Source: an uncultured Dehalococcoidia bacterium
Lineage (GTDB): Bacteria; Chloroflexota; Dehalococcoidia; UBA2247; RBG-13-53-26
DNA length: 40,359 nucleotides
Direction of reading: 5' to 3'
NCBI GenBank assembly: GCA_964409515.1
Contig: CAYPDY010000004.1
Location: 1 to 40,359 of the forward strand
Part shown: one piece after another, positions 27,202 through 33,672 of the stretch
Numbering within the stretch: position 1 is the stretch's first letter
Layout: each line of letters opens with the position of its first letter
Made by a program: the position numbers and the translations under genes
Notes under the pieces: model-generated
The model's database searches: none
Told to the model about the DNA's origin: nothing
Seen by the model: the letters and a program-made list of their open reading frames with translations, nothing else

Positions 27202-28142
27202 GCCATCGCCTCCGCCATCTGGGCCACGTTGTAGCGCATGAGCGCCAGGTAGCTGTCGCGGCCCTCCAGGCCCTCGCCCCCCATCGGGTCCAGCAGGAGC
27301 ACCTCCGCGCCGCTGTCGGCGGCAATGGCATCGGCCGCCTTGGTGCTGAACTGCGGCTCAGCGAAGATGGCCTTGACCTTGAGGGCCCTGGCCACATCGA
27401 CAACGTGCATGATGTACTCCACCGAGGGCTCCTTGCCCGGCGCTTCCTCGATCACCGCCGCCTCCGCCAGCCCGTACCTCGCGGCGAAATACGTCCAGGC
27501 CGGATGGAAGGTGATGAACTCGCGCGAGGAGAACGACTGCACCGCACCCTTGATCTCCTCGTCCAGTGACTGCAGCCGGGCGATGTAGCCCGCCGCGTTG
27601 TCCATGTAGAAGTCCCCGTTGTCCGGGTCGACGGAGGCCAGCGCCGCGGCGATGGCCTCCACCTGCTTCTGCGCCAGGACCGGATCCAGCCAGTAGTGGG
27701 GGTTCACACCGCCGTGATCGTCATCCTCGTGCTCATCGCCCGAGAGAAGCAGGCCTTCCTCCGCCAGGGCCGCCGAGGTGTCCAGCACGACCAGGCTGTC
27801 GCTGGCCGCCGGCCTCAGGTCCTCCACCCAGAAGTCCAGGCCCGCACCATTCACCACCAGAAGAATGGCCCCGGCCAGGTCCTTGATGTCGCCCGGGGTA
27901 GGCTCGTACGTATGCGGGCTGGCGCCTGAAGGCAGGAGGGTAATCACCTCGAGCCTGTCTCCCACGACGTTCTCCACGAAATCCGCCAGGGGGAAGATGG
28001 TGGTCACCACGATGGGCTTGCCGCTGGTCATCTCCCGGCTGCAGGTCACGCCCCCGAGCAGCGTTCCCAGGGTGATCAGCACCGCGAGCGCCATGGCCGG
28101 GAGCCGGCGGCCCCAGCCCGCCTTCCCCCCTTCGTTATTCAC
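27198..28142 (-). CDS. znuA: zinc ABC transporter substrate-binding protein (TroA/ZnuA family)
   Basis: IVVTTIFPLADFVENV and NPHYWLDP are present, along with an acidic/His loop GDEHEDDDHGG typical of ZnuA. The signal sequence is MALAVLITLGTLLGGVTC. The start is uncertain: GTG 28142 or ATG 28094. The track ORF to 28346 is an overextension through zur. Confidence 0.75.
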   Translation of the reverse strand: MNNEGGKAGWGRRLPAMALAVLITLGTLLGGVTCSREMTSGKPIVVTTIFPLADFVENVVGDRLEVITLLPSGASPHTYEPTPGDIKDLAGAILLVVNGAGLDFWVEDLRPAASDSLVVLDTSAALAEEGLLLSGDEHEDDDHGGVNPHYWLDPVLAQKQVEAIAAALASVDPDNGDFYMDNAAGYIARLQSLDEEIKGAVQSFSSREFITFHPAWTYFAARYGLAEAAVIEEAPGKEPSVEYIMHVVDVARALKVKAIFAEPQFSTKAADAIAADSGAEVLLLDPMGGEGLEGRDSYLALMRYNVAQMAEAMA

Positions 28143-28560
28143 GGCAGTCCCTGCAGAGCCCGGAAGACTCGGTGACGTGGTGTTCCGCCCGGAAGCCCAG
28201 CTTCCGGGCCGCCTCGCTCTCCTGCCGGCACAGCGCCTCATCGCGGAACTCCTGCAGGCTGCCGCAGCCCCGGCACACCAGGAAGCGGTGGCATCCCTCT
28301 TCCTCCTGCAGATCGCACCGGACGTACCCGCCCCGGGAGAAGACACGGTGCACCAGGTTCAACGTGCAGAGAAGGCTGATCACCCGGTAGATGGTGACCT
28401 GGTCCAGGTGCTGGCCGCCCCCTTCCATCAGTTTCCCGATGTCGCTGGGTGACATGGCGCCCCCGGCCCTGCCTATAGCCTCGATCACCTGCTTGCGGGG
28501 CCTGGTGACCTTGTATCCCTTTTCGCGCAGCACGGCAACGGCGTGTTCGGTAAAAGACAT
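28135..28560 (-). CDS. zur: Fur-family regulator, probably Zur
   Basis: It starts MSFTEHAVAVLREKGYKVTRPRKQVIEAI. The winged helix reads VTIYRVISLLCTLNLVHRV. The structural Zn site has CRGC...CRDC. It is the first gene of the znu operon. Confidence 0.75.
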   Translation of the reverse strand: MSFTEHAVAVLREKGYKVTRPRKQVIEAIGRAGGAMSPSDIGKLMEGGGQHLDQVTIYRVISLLCTLNLVHRVFSRGGYVRCDLQEEEGCHRFLVCRGCGSLQEFRDEALCRQESEAARKLGFRAEHHVTESSGLCRDCRE

Positions 28561-28592
28561 CTCTTGACCCCGTCCCCACGGGCTATGGGCCC

Positions 28593-28633
28593 AATATAGC
28601 ACGGGCCGCATTCAAATGCAACTTTGTTGCATT
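28593..28633 (-). promoter_or_regulatory. zur-znu promoter with an overlapping 19-bp palindromic operator
   Basis: On the minus strand, TTGCAT (28621-28616), a 17-nt spacer and TATATT (28598-28593). The perfect inverted repeat AATGCAAC-TTT-GTTGCATT (28615-28633) covers the -35 box. Confidence 0.6.
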
Positions 28634-28682
28634 ACGGGCCAGCCGCACTCGATTCGCCGTGCGGGCCAAACGCGCGCGCAGG

Positions 28683-28712
28683 GTTGACAGCATATACGTT
28701 TATATCGTATAC
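28683..28712 (+). promoter_or_regulatory. strong promoter for the 111-aa hypothetical gene
   Basis: TTGACA (28683-28688), an 18-nt spacer and TATACT (28707-28712). The inverted repeat TATACG...CGTATA (28692-28697 with 28705-28710) lies in the spacer. Confidence 0.55.
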
Positions 28713-28764
28713 TTCATCATATCACAGAGGGGCGCACCAACAAATATAGAACGAGGAGGGCGAA

Positions 28765-29100
28765 ATGACTGAACTGGACCGCGCATTCGAAATGATCCTG
28801 GAATGGAAGGCTCGCCGGATGCTCTATGCTGACTACCAGGCCAGCATCGGCGCAGCCACGGCTTCCTACGACCGGTCGTTCAAGGTCGGAGCCATCGACG
28901 CCATGGTCTACGACCTGGCTTCCCTGGTGGGCTTCAACCGGAAGACGGCCGATCATGCCAACTGGGCTTCATACGGGGTCCGCAAGACCTTCCTGGACAA
29001 GCTCCGCAACGGCATAACGCCGCCGCAGGCTCCGGCGGCGGCGGACCCGGCGCCGGAGCCGGTCGAGCCTCTGCCTGATCCCGTTCCCGCCGGGGAATAG
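28765..29100 (+). CDS. hypothetical protein with a Pro/Ala-rich C-terminal tail
   Basis: The ATG follows the SD GAGGAGGG. I recognise no motif. The tail reads PPQAPAAADPAPEPVEPLPDPVPAGE. Confidence 0.5.
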   Translation: MTELDRAFEMILEWKARRMLYADYQASIGAATASYDRSFKVGAIDAMVYDLASLVGFNRKTADHANWASYGVRKTFLDKLRNGITPPQAPAAADPAPEPVEPLPDPVPAGE

Positions 29101-29117
29101 GACCAGCAGCGCAACGA

Positions 29118-29159
29118 GGGTGGGGCCGGTTCCCCGGACTGTTCTCCGCGGCCCCACCC
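29118..29159 (+). terminator. GC hairpin after the hypothetical gene
   Basis: GGGTGGGGCC (29118-29127) pairs with GGCCCCACCC (29150-29159). The loop is large (22 nt) and there is no clear U-tract. Confidence 0.35.
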
Positions 29160-29192
29160 TCCGCCATGGAGCGAACCGGCCAACCATAACGC

Positions 29193-29221
29193 TTGACGTT
29201 ATTATCTCCAGGGGCTATGAT
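29193..29221 (+). promoter_or_regulatory. higBA promoter, leaderless arrangement
   Basis: TTGACG (29193-29198), a 17-nt spacer and TATGAT (29216-29221). The ATG at 29228 is only 6 nt after the -10 box. Confidence 0.55.
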
Positions 29222-29227
29222 AGGCGC

Positions 29228-29509
29228 ATGATACGGGACTTCCGCGACAGAGAGACCGAGAAGGTGTTCTCTCGAGAAAGGTCCCGCAGACTCCCGGAAG
29301 GCATCCAGCGGATCGCTCTTCGCAAGCTGGTCATCCTTGATGCAGCGGATTCGCTCGAGGACCTGGCTCTGCCTCCAGGCAATCGCCTGGAGAAACTGCA
29401 TGGGGATCTTGCCGGGCGGTACAGTATCCGCATCAACGAGCGATGGAGGGTCTGTTTCCGCTGGAGCGATGGGGATGCCTACGATGTCGAGATAGCTGAC
29501 TATCACTAG
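29228..29509 (+). CDS. higB: HigB-type (RelE/ParE superfamily, killer protein) toxin
   Basis: MIRDFRDRETEKVFSRERSRRLPEGIQRIALRKLVILDAADSLEDLALPPGNRLEKLHGDLAGRYSIRINERWRVCFRW is the classic HigB-like pattern. The start is trimmed from the track ORF start at 29120. Confidence 0.85.
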   Translation: MIRDFRDRETEKVFSRERSRRLPEGIQRIALRKLVILDAADSLEDLALPPGNRLEKLHGDLAGRYSIRINERWRVCFRWSDGDAYDVEIADYH

Positions 29510-29517
29510 GAGGTGGG

Positions 29518-29823
29518 ATGCCCGGGAAGAAACTGCCGCCGGTTCATCCAGGTGAAGTACTGCTGGAGGAATTCTTGAAGCCCATGGGGATAAGCCAGTA
29601 CCGGCTGGCCAAAGACATAAGCGTGCCACCGCGTCGCATCAACGAGATAGTGCATGGCAAGAGAGCGGTTACGGCCGACACCGCCCTGAGACTGTCGCGG
29701 TACTTCGGCACTTCCGAGCGCTTCTGGCTGAACCTGCAGACCCGCTACGACATCGAGATGGAGAAGGACCGCCTGGGCGGCAGTCTGGACAGGGAGGTCC
29801 GCGCCCTGGCGGCCGCCAGGTAA
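29518..29823 (+). CDS. higA: HigA-type HTH antitoxin
   Basis: VHPGEVLLEEFLKPMGISQYRLAKDISVPPRRINEIVHGKRAVTADTALRLSRYFGTSERFWLNLQ matches HigA. The gene starts 8 nt after higB. Confidence 0.85.
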   Translation: MPGKKLPPVHPGEVLLEEFLKPMGISQYRLAKDISVPPRRINEIVHGKRAVTADTALRLSRYFGTSERFWLNLQTRYDIEMEKDRLGGSLDREVRALAAAR

Positions 29824-29840
29824 AGCACAGCCCCAGGCCC

Positions 29841-30146
29841 TCAGCGCTGCAGCTTCCGCACCACCGACTCCACCTTGCCGCTCATGGTCAGGGGCTTGTC
29901 GCGGCGGTCGTCGATCTTGATGGTGGTCACCACCCTCCTCGCGCCACCTTCGAGGACCGCCTCGTGCATCTTGCGGGCTGCCCTGAAGACGTCCTCCAGC
30001 TCCCCCTCCAGGATCGTCCCCATGGAAGTGAGCTCATACACCACCTTCTTCTCCTTGCGCAGCACCTTGAGCGCGGCGGCCACATGCTTGCTGACCGAAG
30101 TCGTCTTGGTGCCTACGGGCACAATGCTGATCTCGGCGACTGCCAT
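29841..30146 (-). CDS. MTH1187/YkoF-family (thiamine-binding-like, DUF77) protein
   Basis: The protein is 101 aa. AEISIVPVGTKTTSVSKHVAAALKVL...YELTSMGTILEGELEDVF...TIKIDDRRDK is typical of the family. Confidence 0.7.
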   Translation of the reverse strand: MAVAEISIVPVGTKTTSVSKHVAAALKVLRKEKKVVYELTSMGTILEGELEDVFRAARKMHEAVLEGGARRVVTTIKIDDRRDKPLTMSGKVESVVRKLQR

Positions 30147-30179
30147 TGCGGACCTCCTTCACGGAATGCATCCAGGGCT

Positions 30180-30188
30180 ATTCTAGCA
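30180..30188 (-). promoter_or_regulatory. extended -10 promoter (TGCTAGAAT) for the MTH1187-like gene
   Basis: The minus strand reads TGC-TAGAAT about 35 nt upstream of the ATG. The SD is GAAGGAGG. Confidence 0.4.
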
Positions 30189-30206
30189 AGCGGGGGCAAC
30201 CGGGGG

Positions 30207-30986
30207 TTACCGCCGGAGCGAGGCCGATACCCTGATGGCGTCGGCCTGGCATGATTCCACGCATCTGCCGCACCGTGTGCAGTCGGTGCAGCTCTCGATG
30301 TCCTCCAGGTTCTCTATCTTCACCGGGCAGACCCGGAGGCAGGCCTGGCAGCGGCTGCACTTGTCGAAGTCCACCCGCACCTTCAGCAGGCTCACCGGGT
30401 TGAACAGGCCCAGCACCGCCCCCATGGGGCAGAGGAAGCGGCACCAGAACCGGCCAACCAGAACGAAGAGAGCGAGGGCTATCGCCAGGGTCAGCAGATG
30501 GACGTAGAAGAAAGTCCCGAAGTGAAACTCGGTGGACACGAACCGCTGCGGAATGGCCGCGAACAGGCTGCCCGCCGGGCAGATCTTGCAGAAGAGCGTC
30601 TCCCCCGCCGCCCACGCCAGCACCACCACGGCGAAGAGAACGACGAACTTGATCCAGGCGCCGCGGGGCAGACGGAGGATGTCCCGGCCTCTCCGCCCCC
30701 GCACCAGTGAGACCAGGTCCTGCACCAGCCCGAAAGGGCAGGCCCAGCCGCACCAGAACCTCCCCAGGGCCAGGCCGAACAGGCCGACCACGCCCAGGGC
30801 GTAGAACGGGAACTGCTGCAGGGCAGCGTAGTTCTGAAAGACCCCGATGGGGCAGGCAAATGCCGCCGCCGGGCAGGCGTAGCAGTAGAAGAAGGGGCAG
30901 GGGATGCCGGTCTTCAGTATGGCGAAAACACCCAGGTTGGCGATGACCAGAGCCAGGATCTGGGTGGTCCACCGGAGCTTGCTCAT
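30207..30986 (-). CDS. membrane polyferredoxin (NapH/MauN/CcoG-like, COG0348-type)
   Basis: The likely start is MSKLRWTTQ (ATG 30986). Motifs include RFWCGWACPFG and RFWCRFLCPMG (CX3CP), an N-terminal CPFFYCYACPAAAFACPIG, and C-terminal CSRCQACLRVCP plus CTDCTRCGRCVESC. Several TM helices are present. Confidence 0.75.
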   Translation of the reverse strand: MSKLRWTTQILALVIANLGVFAILKTGIPCPFFYCYACPAAAFACPIGVFQNYAALQQFPFYALGVVGLFGLALGRFWCGWACPFGLVQDLVSLVRGRRGRDILRLPRGAWIKFVVLFAVVVLAWAAGETLFCKICPAGSLFAAIPQRFVSTEFHFGTFFYVHLLTLAIALALFVLVGRFWCRFLCPMGAVLGLFNPVSLLKVRVDFDKCSRCQACLRVCPVKIENLEDIESCTDCTRCGRCVESCQADAIRVSASLRR

Positions 30987-30996
30987 TAGCCTCTTG

Positions 30997-31140
30997 TCAA
31001 CCGATCCCCACACAGGAGGTGCAGATGACGATCACCAGGCTGCGCACCATGTCATACTGGCTGGCCGCGAAGCCGGCCGCGAAGCCCGTGAAGAGCAGAA
31101 GAAGAAGGAGGCGAAGTGCCAATAGACCGTTTTCTCTCAT
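30997..31140 (-). CDS. unannotated 47-aa membrane peptide with a C-terminal CxxC
   Basis: It is not in the ORF track as a separate gene. The sequence is MRENGLLALRLLLLLLFTGFAAGFAASQYDMVRSLVIVICTSCVGIG, after a G-rich SD (GGGGGTTGGGC). Its stop lies 10 nt before the NapH-like ATG. Confidence 0.5.
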   Translation of the reverse strand: MRENGLLALRLLLLLLFTGFAAGFAASQYDMVRSLVIVICTSCVGIG

Positions 31141-31178
31141 GCCCAACCCCCGAATGGACACCCCGGGGCGCCCTCTCG

Positions 31179-31667
31179 TCAGCCGGTGTAGCCAGCCAGC
31201 ACGGAGTCCACCCTCTCGGCAAACTCCGTCGGACCCAGGTATCCCGATATGCGATCGATCTCCGCGCCTGACGCGTCCGTGAAGACCGTGGTGGGGACGT
31301 AGAAGCCCGTGCCCTCTTGCATGTAGCTTTCGTAGAGCCGGCTCTTCCAGGTGTTGCTCTTGACGGGCACCAGCCTCTCGTTTATGAGTGCGCTCACACT
31401 ATCATCTGAGAACGTGCCGGCATCCAGCCGCTTGCAGGCCGGTCAGGTGTCGGTGTAGAAGTTGACCATGATGGGCTTGTTCTCGCTCGCCGCCTGGTCC
31501 TTCGCCGCCTCCCAGTCCCGCTGGAAGACCACCTTCGTTTCCACGCTGTCGGTGCAGCCCGCCCCGCCGGCCATGATCAGGGCCATGGACAGGACCATGA
31601 CGACCGCCCAGGCGAGCCTCAATAGCCGGCCCGCAGCCGCTGCCGCGCCTGACGTCCGGAAGCTCAT
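31179..31667 (-). CDS. thioredoxin-fold lipoprotein with Sec in the redox motif (T-U-P-A-C)
   Basis: ORFs 31443..31736 and 31179..31397 share a frame (31445-31397=48). Read-through of TGA 31445-31443 gives KPIMVNFYTDT-U-PACKRLDAGTFSDDSV..., so the TGA sits at the first Cys of the WCxxCK motif of Thioredoxin_7-type proteins. The signal and lipobox read LSMALIMAGGAGC. The ATG at 31667 forms an ATGA overlap with the upstream gene. Confidence 0.7.
31417..31442 (-). promoter_or_regulatory. candidate SECIS-region stem immediately 3' of the UGA
   Basis: On the mRNA, CCGGC (31442-31438) pairs with GCCGG (31421-31417) around a 16-nt interior that can form a few more pairs. The apical loop is not obviously canonical. 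Confidence 0.25.
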
Positions 31668-32368
31668 CTGCCGCCCCCGGCACAGGCCTGCCCTTCCCGG
31701 ACCACCAGCGACCCCACCGGGCACACGCGCACGCACTCCAGGCAGGAATCACACCTGGCCTCCGCCAGGGGTATCCGGTCGAAGGTGCTGATCGTGGTCT
31801 CCAGGCCGCGGAAGGCGAAATCAATGGAGCCCACGCCATGGCGCTGGCAGACCCAGACGCACTTGCCGCACAGAACGCACTTGTTCGGGTCGTAGGTGAA
31901 CAGCGGGTGGCTGGAGTCGACGGGCAGATCGCGCGGAATGGGCCGCAGCCTCTGCAGCTTCAGCTTGAAGCCCTGGCGGGCCGCGATCTTCTGCAGCTCG
32001 CAGCTCTTGTTCTTCGGGCAACGGGCGCAGTCCAGATGATGATGGGACAGGAGGAGCTCGAAGGCGGTGCGGCGAAGCTGCTTCACCGCGGGCGTGTCCG
32101 TGCGGACCACCATGCCGTCCTCCACCGGCTGGCTGCAGGCCGCGACCGGCGCCCGCCGGCCCTCGATCTCGACGAAGCAGAGCCGGCACCCGCCGAACGG
32201 CGGGTCCGCCTCGCGGATAGCGCACAGGTTCGGGATGTAGATATCGTGGTCCAGGGCCACCCACAGGAGCCTCTCTCCCGCGCGGGCCCTGACCTCGCGG
32301 CCATCAATGCTGAGGACGACTTCCCTGTCTATGGCTCCCTCCACGCACCCCTCAATGCTAGAATACAA
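31664..32368 (-). CDS. 2Fe-2S plus 4Fe-4S protein resembling the NuoG/HymC/FdhA N-terminal module
   Basis: NLCAIREADPPFGGCRLCFVEIEG...ACS is the 2Fe-2S motif. HHLDCARCPKNKSC is a His-ligated 4Fe-4S motif. CVLCGKCVWVCQ and CDSCLECVRVCPVGSL are also present. The exact start is uncertain: the TTG at 32368 is only the ORF-track start. Confidence 0.75.
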   Translation of the reverse strand: MYSSIEGCVEGAIDREVVLSIDGREVRARAGERLLWVALDHDIYIPNLCAIREADPPFGGCRLCFVEIEGRRAPVAACSQPVEDGMVVRTDTPAVKQLRRTAFELLLSHHHLDCARCPKNKSCELQKIAARQGFKLKLQRLRPIPRDLPVDSSHPLFTYDPNKCVLCGKCVWVCQRHGVGSIDFAFRGLETTISTFDRIPLAEARCDSCLECVRVCPVGSLVVREGQACAGGGR

Positions 32369-32389
32369 CGGCAGTCCGGCCCCGGTCCA

Positions 32390-32752
32390 TTACTTGACCA
32401 GCCAGTCCAGGGCCTCCTGCTCGGTCTTGAAGGGCCGGGCCGGGACGGCGACCTTGGCGAAGATGCCCGTCACCGCATCCATGAGCACCTTCTTCACCCC
32501 CGTGACGCCCAGGATGGCGATCTTCTCCACCTTCTTCTTGGCGGTGTCCGGGCCGTGACGCCTGAGCCAGTCCATGACCTCCCGCGATACCGCGGCGTCC
32601 TCGATGTTGCCCAGGTAAAGCACCTTGTTCGGAGAAGCCAGTATCAGCCGGTCGGCCTCCTCCAGGAGCGCCACGAACTCCTTCGAGCTCAGCTTGCGAT
32701 AGTCGACGTAGAGCACCTGCTTGCCCTTGTATTCCATCCACTTCGCCGGCAT
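32390..32752 (-). CDS. small STAS-like (SpoIIAA-like fold) protein, tandem copy 1
   Basis: The protein is 120 aa: MPAKWMEYKGKQVLYVDYRK...KIAILGVTGVKKVL...ARPFKTEQEALDWLVK. The fold assignment is tentative and rests on the overall pattern ending in F..eeA..WL. Confidence 0.45.
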   Translation of the reverse strand: MPAKWMEYKGKQVLYVDYRKLSSKEFVALLEEADRLILASPNKVLYLGNIEDAAVSREVMDWLRRHGPDTAKKKVEKIAILGVTGVKKVLMDAVTGIFAKVAVPARPFKTEQEALDWLVK

Positions 32753-32765
32753 GTGTCCCCCCTTT

Positions 32766-33128
32766 CTACTCGACCAGCCAGTCCAGGGCCTCCTGTTCGG
32801 TCTTGAAGGCCCGGACTGGAATCCCAGTCCTGTCGAACATTCCCACCACCGCCTCCATGAGGATCTTCTTGACCCCGGCGACGCCCACGACGGCCAGCTT
32901 GATGAGCATCTTGCGGCCCATCCTGTCGGCGATTTCCCTGATCTCCTTCATCACTTCCCGCGACACCGCCGCATCTTCGATGTTGCCGAGGTAGAGTATC
33001 TTGCTCGGCGATGCCCGGGCCAGGGCGTCGCCCTCCCTCAGCGCCGCCACGAACTCCTGTGAGCTGGCCTTGCGGACGTCAACGTAGAGGACCTTCTTCC
33101 CCTTGTGTTCTATCCACTTCGCCGGCAT
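32766..33128 (-). CDS. small STAS-like protein, tandem copy 2
   Basis: It starts MPAKWIEHKGKKVLYVDVRK and ends VRAFKTEQEALDWLVE. The SD AAGGGGGGTGCAG matches that of copy 1. The track ORF overextends to 33173. Confidence 0.45.
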   Translation of the reverse strand: MPAKWIEHKGKKVLYVDVRKASSQEFVAALREGDALARASPSKILYLGNIEDAAVSREVMKEIREIADRMGRKMLIKLAVVGVAGVKKILMEAVVGMFDRTGIPVRAFKTEQEALDWLVE

Positions 33129-33180
33129 CTGCACCCCCCTTTCTTCATGTCGCAGGACTGTCGCGGCCATCACTGCCCGG

Positions 33181-33558
33181 TCAGAGGATACCGGGCTCAG
33201 AGAGCCACTTCAGGGCCGCTTCCTCCGTCTCGAACTTGCGGGCCGTGTCCTTCCCCAGGGCCGCGACGAAGGAGTCGAAGAATACCGCCAGCAGGCCCGT
33301 GGCCCCCACCACAGCGATCTTCTCCGCCCGCTGGCGCAGCACCATTCTGGCCGACCCCTTGAGATAGTTCATCACCTCCCCGGTCACGTACGCCCCCTCG
33401 ACGTTGCCCAGAATGAGCACTCTCCCCCGGGAAGCCGCCACCGCGTCATTGGTCTCCTTCATCAGGGGAAGGATCTCCTTCGGCTTCATCCCGCGGTAGT
33501 CGACGTAGAGCACGCTCTTGCCCCGGTGCTCCATCCATCTCCAGCGCATCTGGGTCAT
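33181..33558 (-). CDS. small STAS-like protein, tandem copy 3 (more diverged)
   Basis: MTQMRWRWMEHRGKSVLYVDYRG...KIAVVGATGLLAVF...ARKFETEEAALKWL shows the same pattern. Confidence 0.45.
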   Translation of the reverse strand: MTQMRWRWMEHRGKSVLYVDYRGMKPKEILPLMKETNDAVAASRGRVLILGNVEGAYVTGEVMNYLKGSARMVLRQRAEKIAVVGATGLLAVFFDSFVAALGKDTARKFETEEAALKWLSEPGIL

Positions 33559-33616
33559 CCTGTTCCTCTCGCCAGTCCTTTCCCGCCCGGTCTCCAGCGC
33601 AAGGGCATCGGCCCTA

Positions 33617-33654
33617 TTGTCATGGGCCCGGCCGCAGCCTATAATGGCTGCGGC
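33617..33654 (+). promoter_or_regulatory. trxA promoter with a perfect 9-bp inverted repeat bracketing the -10 box
   Basis: TTGTCA (33617-33622), a 17-nt spacer and TATAAT (33640-33645). GCCGCAGCC (33631-33639) and GGCTGCGGC (33646-33654) flank the -10 box directly. Confidence 0.6.
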
Positions 33655-33672
33655 GTCCGCCGAAGCCAGCCC

